From: Octopus bimaculoides
Lineage: Eukaryota
Length of the DNA: 64,000 nt
Direction of reading: 5' to 3'
Assembly (NCBI RefSeq): GCF_001194135.2
Contig: NC_068982.1
Location: 47,440,654 to 47,504,653 of the forward strand
Under the pieces are notes generated by a model that searched no databases, had not been told where the DNA came from, and was given only the letters and a program-made list of their open reading frames with translations. This document shows, one piece after another, positions 53,310-64,000 of the stretch (position 1 is the first letter of the stretch; every line of letters begins with the position of its first letter). The position numbers and the translations under genes were made by a program.

Positions 53310-53529
53310 TCCTTTAGCATTTCAACTGGCCATATCTGGCTAAAATATTCTACCTGTTCTATGTTCAAACCGACCAGATTTGGTCTTTCACATCTACCCG
53401 ATGATGTCAACCTGAAAATAAATAATCACATCATCAAAATCTCTCAGTTATGAGGTGATGCTTGGTTAAGACAAAACAATTGAAAAGCTAAGCATTATAT
53501 TTAACAGAATAATCTAAATGCCAAAAGGT
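53310..53529. mobile_element. TTAA-type MITE copy
   Basis: CCTTTAGCATTTCAACTGGCCATATCTGG...AAAAGG|TTAA. Confidence 0.75.
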
Positions 53530-55397
53530 TAAAGGACAATCTTTTTTTTTTCCTGGAAACAAGAGGACAGAAGTAAACACATTCTTGTGTCAATGGGTAT
53601 TCTCAAGACAATGCCCTACTTTTGCTTCAGTCGCTTATAAAACTTAAATCTATACCAAATGAATAGAGACACTAGGATTGATAAAGTAAAGTACAAGTCA
53701 TGAACTGGAACCAATGATATTAACTCTGTCTCCACTTTTCAGTTGGAATGTTACTTCTAATATTGCCTGTTTCTTTCTAAACTTAATCAATCAGTAAGCA
53801 CTTTCCTATTAGCCATAAATCTCATAAAATTCATATGAATAGTGTTAAGGTAAGTCATAGCCATATTAATGATTTTACTTCTTTCTTTGGACAATAATTA
53901 ATAGGACTAAATTAACATCCATTATCACGCAGGATTTATTATTACAATGTAGTTGTCATACTAATAAAATTAGTCTTATAAATGTTAAATATTTCTAGCT
54001 GAGTGCCATATACTGTGCTAAAGTTTCCACTAGAAACAATGATTGTACAAAATGCTATATTGGCTTCATGGGGAAAGCTTTTGAATTCAGATATAACCAG
54101 CATACTTTTTCATTCTGGTATAAAGAAAACTAAACTGGTGCAACAACCCTTTCCAAGTACATCTGAGATTTAAAGAATAATGGTATTTGTAATTATAATA
54201 TTAGCTGCCAAATAACTGAATTCACATCTGTTTATATTAAAAACTATCAATGAAATTTGTGTTGATGTTAACCTGTTCAGTATTTTTAAATTAAGAATTA
54301 GAATTGGTTTCCTCATCTTCTTATCAAAGGAAATTTATTTTACAACCTTTCATGCTACCTTGTGGATCATGCTATTCACAATTACAGGAACTTGTCACGC
54401 GTCTGACCATACCTATGAATTTTTAGATTTTGTTTACTTCTGTTACAATTTCTGTGACCAAATCTTTTATAACCTTTTGTATTTGTGTGTGTGTGTTTTG
54501 ATTGGTTGTGTTTCCTTTTTCTCATCTTTCCACCTTCTATATTAATGCTATACATGTAGCCATCTTTCACTTTTATCATGCTCCCATACTCTGCATGTTG
54601 CAACTTCTACAAATAAACACAATGTTTCTTTTCTTACTTTATACGCTTCTACATTAAATTTAATAATGTATATCAAGCAGTAATGAGATATTAATGAGAG
54701 AGTAGTACAGGGAAAACTTTTATGAAGCTTGGTACTATCCTTAGTCAATAATACCTCATTACTGCATGATAGACATTATTACTTTTCAGTTTTCCTAATT
54801 TTATTAATGACCTATACTCACTCCACTTGATGCAAATTTAATGTTTTAGTTTTGGCCTACTTTTGCAGTACAATTTGCACAAATGAACTCTCGTGGCAGA
54901 TTGACTTTGTATTTATATTTGTTCCTTTCCTATGCATTTTATGTAATTTATAATTTATATATTGTTTTCGACAAATGCGTGCATCTATTTATTTATTTAG
55001 ATATATTGCTTTCTCGTATATTTGTTTACACATTTATTTTGTGTTTTGCATTTCATTCCATGCTATGCATCATTTCATGATTGCGTATGTTATGAATGGA
55101 AATCCATTTCATATACTGTCGAGTATTTTTATGTTGAATTACATGTTCATGTGTGGTTGTATAGATCTATATTTTTTCCTATAGGCATGGTTATACAGTA
55201 TTCAAATATTTGTGCATTTGTATACATGCAGCAATATACCTATATTTTTGTGTATATGCTCAGCCATAAATTATATACATGAATGTGTATGTGTGTGTGC
55301 ATGTGCATGTGTGTGTGTATGTGGATATATGTGGGTACAATTCAATATATGTATGTATATAAACATGTATGTTTGTACATATGTATTTATTTGTGTC

Positions 55398-55474
<77 letters not shown>

Positions 55475-55989
55475 ATATGTATATATTTTTGTCTGTTTAT
55501 CAATCTATCTATCTATCTATCTATCTATCAATATAATATATGGTTTCAATTTCTAGAATGGTTAGTGTGTTGCGTTCTTGAGCAAAACACTTCATCTCAC
55601 ATTCCTCTGTGACCACTTTGACACCTGAGGCATGGTACACCATGTACCTGTACAGGCAACATTAATTTGATGGAGGAAGTAAGTTAATGTGCAGCACATA
55701 CATTTGGTCCCTAAAAAAAAAATCATTTGTGCAGGTCATTCAGTAAAAGCTAAACTCTCATACATTGTCTTCAACAGGAAAGTTCGTCATTCACACACAC
55801 ACACACACACTTACTCGGTTTTGTATTTGGTTTGCAAGATTTTTTATGCGAATTCATGTGTTGAAATACATCTTGTGTCTTGGGAAGGTTATTACGCCAA
55901 CAATAACACATGCACCAGTGTGTGTGTGTGTGTGTGTGCTTATTGTTGCCATAATGATCCTCTTAAGACACAATATATATATATATATA

Positions 55990-56504
55990 TATTCTTTTAT
56001 TCTTTTACTTCTATGAGTAATTTGACTGCAGCCATGCTGAAGCACTGCCTTGAAGGGTTTTAGTAGAACAAATCGACCCCCAGGGCTTATTTTTGAAGCC
56101 AAGCACTTCTTCTATCAGATTCTTTTGCAAAGCTGCTATGTTACAAGGATGTAAACACACCAATACTGGTCATCAAGTGGTGATGTGGGGACAAACACAC
56201 ACACATTGATATATATATATTAAGTGCAGGCATGGCTGTGTGGTAAGAAGTTTGCTTTCCAACCACATGGTTTCAGGTTCAGTCCCAATGCATGCCACCT
56301 TAGGCAAGTGCCTTCTACTATAGCCTTGGGGCAACCAATGCCCCAAAAAAGCCCATTGTATATATATATATGTGTGGTGAGTGGATTTTGTAGACGGAAA
56401 CTGAAAGAAGCCTGTTGTACATATAAATGTATGCGTGTGTATATGTTTGTGTGTGTGTGCTTGTCCTCTCAACATCGCTTGACAATTGGAGTGTTATGTC
56501 CCTG

Positions 56505-56505
<1 letters not shown>
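55990..56505. mobile_element. Two adjacent dominant SINE copies in opposite orientation (- 55990-56200, + 56226-56505)
   Basis: Antisense tail half followed by a sense head half. Confidence 0.75.
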
Positions 56506-56561
<56 letters not shown>

Positions 56562-57119
56562 NNNNNNNNNNNNNNNNNNNNNNNNNNNNNNNNNNNNNNN
56601 NNNNNNNNNNNNNNNNNNNNNNNNNNNNNNNNNNNNNNNNNNNNNNNNNNNNNNNNNNNNNNNNNNNNNNNNNNNNNNNNNNNNNNNNNNNNNNNNNNNN
56701 NNNNNNNNNNNNNNNNNNNNNNNNNNNNNNNNNNNNNNNNNNNNNNNNNNNNNNNNNNNNNNNNNNNNNNNNNNNNNNNNNNNNNNNNNNNNNNNNNNNN
56801 NNNNNNNNNNNNNNNNNNNNNNNNNNNNNNNNNNNNNNNNNNNNNNNNNNNNNNNNNNNNNNNNNNNNNNNNNNNNNNNNNNNNNNNNNNNNNNNNNNNN
56901 NNNNNNNNNNNNNNNNNNNNNNNNNNNNNNNNNNTAAAATTCAGCCAAGTTTCCATAAGGGTGCACTTCCATAACCAGAGGTGACCTTAATGTTTGGGAT
57001 GCTTGTATTAATGTTCCATTGTTTCTGCGTAGCTGGAAATTCTACAATTCTACAATTGTTAAAGCAAAGCAGACATCAGCTTTTTCTTTGTATGTGTCTG
57101 TGTGTTTGTGTATGAGTAG

Positions 57120-57157
<38 letters not shown>

Positions 57158-57159
<2 letters not shown>

Positions 57160-57400
57160 TCTTTTACTTGTTTCAGTCATTTGACAGTGGCCATGCTGGA
57201 GCACCACCATTAGTCAAAGAAATTGACCCTAGGACTTATTCTTTGTAAGCCTAGTACTTATTCTGTCGGCCTCTTTTGCTGAATTGCTAAGTTATGGGAA
57301 TGTAAACACACCAGCATTGGTTGTCAAGCGATGCTGGGGGACAAATATAGACACACATATACACACACACACACACATACATATATACGACAGTCTTCGT
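57158..57400 (-). mobile_element. Dominant SINE copy (tail half)
   Basis: CTCTTTTACTTGTTTCAGTCATTTGACAGTGGCCATGCTGGAGCACC. Confidence 0.8.
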
Positions 57401-57414
57401 TCAGTGTCCATATA

Positions 57415-58167
57415 TGGAGGAGCTACAAACTTGTGACATAGAGGGTAACTGGAAATTCCTATATGACAGCTTACTGAGCGCTAAAGACCAAATCTGTGTG
57501 CAAAGTCCCTTCAAGACCTAGGGTAACGTGGTAGTGGAATAATACTGTAGAGAGGGCCATTAGAGCAATGAAACATGCCAGGAAAACCTGGAAGAGTGGG
57601 GATAGCAGGGAACTGTACCTGATAGCCAGAAGTGAGGCTGGGAGACAGGTATATATAGCCAAGGAAGAAGCAGAAAAGAAGTTTGCCAATGTTCAGTGAT
57701 GTGAGGACCAAAGAACTGAAGTATTTCAGATTGCAAGACAGTGTGTGTGAGAAAATTGTGATGTCATAGGAGAGAAATGTGTCCGGATGGATGATGGTGC
57801 ACTTGCATTTAATGATTCTGCAAAGAAAGAAGCTTATGAAAGGCTGCTGAATATAGAGAATGAATGAGAGGAGGTGAGCATGCCAAATGTTGACTCAGTT
57901 GAGAGACCAGCTACCCAAATCGATAGCACCCTGGTAGATAAAGCAATTAAGGATATGAAGTCAGGAAGAGCCCCCGACTCATCAAGAATCACTGTTGAGA
58001 TGCTTAAAATATCTGGTGGTGTGGGTTATAGCCTAGTCACCTATATTGTAAATCAGGTGGTTCATGAAGGAGTCATAGCCAATGACTGGTGTAGCAGCAC
58101 AATAGCCAACTGCTACAAAGGTAAAGGTGATGCATCAGACAGAAATAACTACAGGGGTATCAAACTG
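57415..58167 (+). mobile_element. RTE-clade LINE ORF2 fragment (between endonuclease and RT), cut by a SINE
   Basis: W*WNNTVERAIR...KAIKDMKSGRAPDSSRITVEMLK...DWCSSTIANCYKGKGDASDRNNYRGIKL; stops and frameshifts; SINE sequence begins at ~58167. Confidence 0.9.
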
Positions 58168-58291
58168 GTTCCAGGTTCAGTCCCACTGCGTGGCACCTTG
58201 GGCGAGTGTCTTCTACTATAGCCTTAGGCCAACCAAAGCCTTGTGAGTGGATTGGCTAGACAGAAACTGAAAGAAGCCCTTCCTATATATG

Positions 58292-58322
<31 letters not shown>

Positions 58323-58520
58323 ATGCCTATGTTTGTGTGTGTGTGTTTGTCTCCCCAACATTGCTTGACAACCGATGCTGGTGTGTTTATGCAAAAGAGA
58401 CCGATAGTATAAGTACTAGGCTTACAAAGAATAAGTCTTGAGGTCAATTTGCTTGACTAAAGGCAGTGATCCAACATGACTGCAGTCAAATGACTGAAAC
58501 AAGAAAAGGAATAAAAAGAA
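58167..58520 (+). mobile_element. Dominant SINE copy adjoining the RTE fragment
   Basis: GGTTCAGTCCCACTGCGTGGCACC...GACTGAAACAAG. Confidence 0.85.
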
Positions 58521-58953
58521 AAATACACACACACACACACACACATTGCTGTGTCTAGGGAGAGTCATTTTGCCAGTATTGTTAACACATGCACTAGTTT
58601 AATTCTTCTTCTTTATTATTAGTCACTTGGTTGATTATTCAACTAACGGATCTACTGTTTGTTTCAAGTTGGTTAAACAGTAAGTCATTTGTTTTCATTT
58701 TGTTTGTCAAAGCTCTTTCGTTGCTACTTGTAAACTTTTCAATGACTTCAACTTAGTCCATTACAGAAGCCACGTTTGTCTGTTTGAGACCTTGTATGCA
58801 TGCATGTGTATTTGTGCCAGTGTGCATTCATGTGTATGTTTGTGTGAGACTCTTCCTAGACACACCAAGATTTGTTTCAACACACAAATTCACATAAAGA
58901 ATCTTGTAAACCAGATATAAAAATGAAGTATGTATATATATGTATATACATAT

Positions 58954-59014
<61 letters not shown>

Positions 59015-59017
<3 letters not shown>

Positions 59018-59865
59018 GGTGTGGTGAATAAACTGTCGTCTAAATTACGCAAAAATCAAAATAACACTGACATCTCATTTTAACAGATATATTTACCAAA
59101 ATTACATAAAAATATCTTGAAATATTAAAGAGTAAATTTATTAGGCTTCAACCACAGCCTTCGGACAGAATCTCCTGTAACTCTTCTGGACAGTTTCCTT
59201 GTTTAAGTTGGTGAACACTGCCATAATCCTTGCCTTCAGTTCATGTTTGGTGTTACAAGGAGTTTTGTTGGTCTCTCACTCAACTGTCCCACACAAAATA
59301 ATGAAGGAGGTTGCAGTCTGGGGAGTTAGGTAGCCAGATGTTAGAGGTGATGTGGTCACAAAAATTGTCTGACAGCCATGACTGGGTTCTCCTGCTTGTG
59401 TGGCATGGTGCAGAGTCCTGTTGTCAGACACAGGGTGTTCCAGCAGCCACCTTCTTGACCCAGAGCAGCACTACCTCTTCCTGGCACTTGGTGTAGATCT
59501 CTGTGTTGAGCCTGAAGCTGTGTGGGAAGATGAATGGAAACATAAAGTTGCCATCACTTGTGATCACTCCGAACACCTTGACTGTTGACTGGATGTTTGA
59601 TATTTATCACTCTCGGTACATGTCGTCAGATTGACACCCAAACACTCTAAAATGTTCGTATTGGAGCTTCTGTCACAAATGCCAAGCAGTACAGCATGCC
59701 ATTTCCAAATTACTGGCAAAGTGAATTGCATCATGGTGCTGTTTTTCTCACAGACGGTGCCCAACTGACCCTAACATACTGCATAGTCGACAAAATCAAA
59801 AACAAACAATGCACATGTGCAAAATTAAAAACATAAAATGGTAACAATTTACCCATTGTACCCTG
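59015..59865 (-). mobile_element. Internally deleted Tc1/mariner element of maT (DD37D) type
   Basis: QQDSAPCHTSRRTQSWLSDNFCDHITSNIWLPNSPDCNLLHYFVW on the minus strand, with 37 residues between the D and the last catalytic position (here H). Left TIR TA|CAGGGTGTGGTGAATAAACTGT; right end ACAATTTACCCATTGTACCCTG matches 15/22 and all mismatches are transitions. Confidence 0.85.
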
Positions 59866-60063
59866 GATGTGTCGAAACGTCTAGATAGAATAGAGACAGC
59901 TGATGAAGGGATATTCCAACGGGCTTTCCGTTTTCCTATGTGTTCGTTCCGTTGTCTGTAGTTTATTGTTCTAACGTCCTGTACCCTGATATGCATGTAT
60001 ATACACATGTAGATGTAAGTATGTACATATATGTGTGTATACATGTATATATATTCTTTGTAT

Positions 60064-60109
<46 letters not shown>

Positions 60110-60296
60110 GAATTAAAACAGTAGGGTAAAATATTGGATATTAATTAATATCAATTTAATACCATGAAACATGCACATTAAAAGAACCAAGGAGATTCAG
60201 AAAAAATATCTGAGATCTCAAAGGATTATTGTATATGTATATATAAAGGAGACCACAAGGTGGATTGTTAATGTGCTAGAAGAAGATAGTGGTCTC

Positions 60297-60332
<36 letters not shown>

Positions 60333-60377
60333 ATGATGATGATGATATATATATATATACACACACACACAGAGATG

Positions 60378-60597
60378 CAAGGGGGTGCTGAAAAGTTCCT
60401 GTCTTTATGAATATCACAAAAGGTCTGGTTGGAAGCTCAACCTTCCGAATTCTTTTGTAGGGCTTAGATAAACTGAAGTACCACTGCAATAAGTGTGTGA
60501 AGCTGAGAGGGGAATATGTTCAATAAAATCATGATTAACTGATCCTCCTATATTTATTTTCTTTTACCCAAAGCCAGGAACTTTTCAGCATCTCTGC
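60378..60597 (+). mobile_element. Mariner-derived MITE
   Basis: TIRs GGGGGTGCTGAAAAGTTCCTG(T)CTTT and AAAGCCAGGAACTTTTCAGCA; internal mariner C-terminus GLDKLKYHCNKCVKLRGEYVQ*. Confidence 0.8.
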
Positions 60598-61104
60598 ATA
60601 TATTTATACATCAAAGTTATACAAATTATCTAATATAGAAATTGATTTTTCTTTTTTAAGAAAAATCAAATTCCTTCTCTCCAGTCAAAATTTTTCCCTT
60701 AAAAACCAAGTGCTTAGTGGCTGGGAAACATTGTTCTTATATACCAAATCATTCTTCCTTCTTCTCTTAGGATCTCATCTTCTGATGGTGTTACTGGAGT
60801 ACCTCTGAGAGATAGTGTGTTTTGGGAATTTGAAATCTGGCAGTGCTTATCACTCTCCAGTTTTGAACATAGTTTCTTTCCAAGAAAAGAACTGACCCGA
60901 GTACTGGACAGGTATATTATTTATTAACCCTCAAAAGGATGAAAGGAACAGTTGACCTCCAGGATATGTAACCTTTTGCCTGTCCAAAGCATATTCATAA
61001 ATCTGTCTTAAACGCTCATGACTGTTTTCAGCCTTTTAGCCCATTTCATTCGTTCTGGGTAGTATAAAGCTTTCTTATCATAAGTCCCAAGTAACTCTGG
61101 TGGT

Positions 61105-61615
61105 TGCAAGTAAATTTGAAATGTGTGTTATATGCGAAGACCTGTTGAGGCAAGTGAAATCAAACTAAATTCGACTACTGGTACTCGTGCCAATGTCGTC
61201 TCCTTCATTGGACATGAAACTCGGCTTGTGAAGACCTGTTGGGGCAAGCAAAAGCGAAATCGCGATGGCACCTGTGCCCAGCGTCGCCTGCCGGTGGCAC
61301 GTGTAAAGACATTCGAGTAAGATCGTTGCCAGTGCTGCGGGACTGGCTTCTGTGCAGGTGGCACGTAAAATACACCATTTCAAGTGTGGCCGTTGCCAGT
61401 ACTGCCTGACTGGCCTTCGTGCCGGGGGCATGTAAAAGCACCCACTACACTCTCGGAGTGGTTAGCGTTAGGAAGGGCATCCAGCTGTAGAAACTCTGCC
61501 AAATCAGATTGGAGCCTGGTGTAGCCACCTGGTTCACCAGTCCTCAGTCAAATCGTCCAACCCATGCTAGCATGGAAAGCGGACGTTAAACGATGATGAT
61601 GATGATGATGATGAT
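61105..61615 (+). mobile_element. RTE-tail-like repeat with internal tandem subunits and a (TGA)n tail
   Basis: Repeated CGTTGCCAGT..ACTGGC..GTGGCACGTAAAA units, then GTTAGGAAGGGCATCCAGC...GGACGTTAAACGATGATGAT. Related copies at ~47440-47745 (+), 20200-20440 (+), 14013-14160 (-), 23000-23170 (-). Confidence 0.8.
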
Positions 61616-61619
61616 ATGA

Positions 61620-62066
61620 TGCATGGACGCCATGGAAATATTTCCTGTGTCTCATATGAAACACAGGATAGGCAACGGGTTAGTTAAACTTAGAACGTCT
61701 AAACAAATGCTGCGAGTTTTTGTATCCAGTGCTCTAAAGAATGAGTCAAATCATCACCTCACACATGTCTGCTAATTTTATTTACTGAACAACAGCTTCA
61801 ACTTCCTTGAGACTTTGAACAGATATAAGACATATTTCTGCATCACTTCAAAAACTTCAAATCATCAGAAAGTACCGCATTTTCCAGCACAGAAGTCGTC
61901 GATGTAGTATTCAGTATAACGTGTAAACATTCAAATATTGTCTCTATCTTTCCCAATCCCGCTACATATCACATGGATTTTTTGGTCCTCCAAAGTTGTC
62001 TTGATGTATGAGTTTTGGCGGTGAATTTTGGTCCGAAAAATTCGATTTGTATTCCAGAAAATATGG
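61620..62066 (-). mobile_element. pogo-type transposon 5' remnant
   Basis: Minus strand starts TA|CCATATTTTCTGGAATACAAATC (pogo-like CCGTATTTT terminus after CpG decay); weak transposase traces (LEHWIQK; F(R)DTGNISM). Confidence 0.45.
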
Positions 62067-62158
62067 TAACGGCATTACAGTAGAAATGCTGAAGAAATGT
62101 GGAAGAGATGATAGAAAGATGGGTAGCAAAACTAATAAAGCACAGGGAGAAAATTTTG

Positions 62159-62400
62159 GGTAAATTTTCCGATTAACACCCGCACGATCTTCACTAGGGT
62201 GTTAGGGCTAGGGTTTTAGGGTTAGGGTTAGGGTTAAAGGTTAGGGTTTAGGGTTACGGTTAAGGTTAGGGACGGAATTCCCTAACCCTAACCCTAAAAC
62301 CTTAACCGTAATCCTAAAACCCTAACCGCAACCCTGACCCTAAAACCCTAACCCTAACACCCTAGTGAAAATCGTGCGGGTGTTAATCTGAAAAATTACC
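62159..62400. mobile_element. Foldback/MITE with inverted degenerate telomeric repeats and 8-bp TSD
   Basis: GGTAA...TTACC termini; outer ~65 bp of the arms differ at ~5 positions; (TTAGGG)n-like left half, GGAATTCC centre (62274-62281), (CCCTAA)n-like right half; AAATTTTG at 62151-62158 and 62401-62408. Confidence 0.88.
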
Positions 62401-62702
62401 AAATTTTGTCATGGTCAGTTATATTTTCCATATTTCTAGGGTCGACGAAGTAAGTACCACCAGCCAATCACTTTTGTAATTTCAATAATATCTTCCTTTT
62501 CCCCTCACTCCATACACCTAAACATACACAATCTGCTGCATTGTTCTCATGCTAGAAATCCATATTATGTAAAAATAAGCATCAAAAGATGACTGACATA
62601 CAACGAAGAGAAGCCATAACTACTGTACTGAATTACACGTCTACCGTTTACGATGTATATGTACATAAACGTGTGTTATGTGTAAATATAAGCACGTGTG
62701 AG

Positions 62703-62752
<50 letters not shown>

Positions 62753-63319
62753 NNNNNNNNNNNNNNNNNNNNNNNNNNNNNNNNNNNNNNNNNNNNNNNN
62801 NNNNNNNNNNNNNNNNNNNNNNNNNNNNNNNNNNNNNNNNNNNNNNNNNNNNNNNNNNNNNNNNNNNNNNNNNNNNNNNNNNNNNNNNNNNNNNNNNNNN
62901 NNNNNNNNNNNNNNNNNNNNNNNNNNNNNNNNNNNNNNNNNNNNNNNNNNNNNNNNNNNNNNNNNNNNNNNNNNNNNNNNNNNNNNNNNNNNNNNNNNNN
63001 NNNNNNNNNNNNNNNNNNNNNNNATATGTCTACACTACACACACAAAGTATCGTAGTGCTTCTTCTCTTATATATATTCCCTCCCTCACCAAAATAGAGA
63101 TCAGCAGCTACTCACGAATAATAACAAACATTATTTCTTAAGAAATGTTTCCATTCATGTATTTTGTGGATAGTGAGTTTTGCTTTGAAGGTTTGCTTCT
63201 GGTACCCTACGTTTGACCTACTTTTTAAACCCCTTTATTTTTTTCCCTCAATTATTTACTCTTTTGTCATCTAGCATTCACATTAGTTGTTGTCCGTTCA
63301 ACACCAGCACCTCACCCTC

Positions 63320-63500
63320 CGATACCCCACCATCACAACCACGGCCTCCATCTCCATCATCATCACTGCCGCCGCCGCCACCACCACCATCACCATTGCC
63401 ATCACCTCTATCATACCATCACCACCACCACCACTACCACACAACCCCTTCTGCCACTACTACCTCCACTACCACCGTCGCCACCGCCTCTGCCACCATC
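63320..63500. repeat. (CAC/CAT/CCG)n low-complexity trinucleotide tract
   Basis: Direct reading of the sequence. Confidence 0.85.
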
Positions 63501-63847
63501 AAATCAACTTTGATTAGGGAAACCTGTGACTAATGATCTTCCAGCAATGTTCATCCTGTTGTTTTCTATGTTTTACCTCAAACGAAATACAGGTTGGTTA
63601 CAAAACTTCAAACCTTAGCGCTCTATGGTCCAGCAATTTTTGAATCTGTCACAATTAGTTTGTAGAACTACCGCCAGAGTGATTGATACCGTTAGCAATG
63701 CTAAACAGTCAAGCTTTGTTTACAATAGCCAAATTCGTTGGTAATATTGTCTGACTCATTTCAGGATGTCACCCAAGAGACCAAAAGATGCAACTGATAG
63801 TGCTTGATGATAAATCTAAGAATAAATTCTTATCTATGTTATTTACG

Positions 63848-63990
63848 TGTGGTAAGAAGCTTGCTTCTTAACCACATGGTTCCAGGTTCAGTTTCACTGC
63901 ATGGCACCGTGGGCAAGTGTCTTCTACTATAGCCTTGGGCCAACCAAAGTGGATTTGTTAGACGGAAACTGAAAGAAGATCGTTATATAT
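63848..63990 (+). mobile_element. Dominant SINE head
   Basis: GTGTGGTAAGAAGCTTGCTTC...GGAAACTGAAAGAAG. Confidence 0.8.
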
Positions 63991-64000
63991 ATATAAGATC

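Noticed and set aside
56224-56984. ORFs of 160-237 aa (also 18815-19339, 20779-21103, 62589-63141)
   Set aside because: They run through N gaps and (TA)n tracts.
60771-60911. 141-nt open, symmetric plus-strand exon with a strong acceptor
   Set aside because: Weak donor (GTATAT) inside a SINE remnant and no recognisable protein; revisit only if plus-strand transcripts exist.
62159-62400. Ancient telomere-telomere fusion site
   Set aside because: The orientation fits, but non-telomeric outer arms that mirror each other and an 8-bp flanking duplication point to an insertion.
63213-63533. Pro/His/Thr-rich protein
   Set aside because: Trinucleotide low-complexity tract with no splice or homology support.
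63588-63800. Second Tigger 5' end (TA|CAGGT..., MSPKRPKDATDSA*)
   Set aside because: Too short and no partner TIR seen.
1-64000. CRISPR array, prokaryotic operon or defence system
   Set aside because: No repeat-spacer periodicity and no dense ORFs; the window is intron-rich eukaryotic DNA.

Overview
AT-rich eukaryotic genomic DNA dense in microsatellites, SINEs and transposon fossils, with five N gaps. The repeat families look like those of an octopod cephalopod (inference from recognition, not checked). One host gene is supported: the 5' end of an RNA polymerase II elongation factor ELL gene on the minus strand. Coding exon 1 is 42828-42953, intron 1 is 375-42827 (42,453 bp) and coding exon 2 is 330-374; together they give MAALEERQQYGLSSRNEGDKTIIHLKLTDSALKTLEEYAKNK|DVHRKANIKFQNNSG. 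The rest is intron or upstream DNA holding decayed Tigger, maT, mariner, pogo, hAT, RTE, Penelope and Gag/ORF1-like elements, TTAA-flanked MITEs and several SINE families. No rRNA, true tRNA, CRISPR or prokaryotic operon was seen, and almost all supplied ORFs are artefacts of microsatellites, N runs or repeats. I cannot claim a new biological system. The best leads are: (1) a 242-bp foldback element built from inverted telomeric repeats with an 8-bp target-site duplication; (2) three hammerhead-ribozyme-like relics in small repeats, one inside a tRNA-headed SINE; (3) a ~455-bp palindrome set in (TA)n; (4) a ~14-kb CpG-retaining domain over the ELL promoter and proximal intron, containing a candidate poison exon and a candidate internal promoter. 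All coordinates and alignments were read by eye; repeat boundaries are approximate unless a TSD or TIR is quoted.
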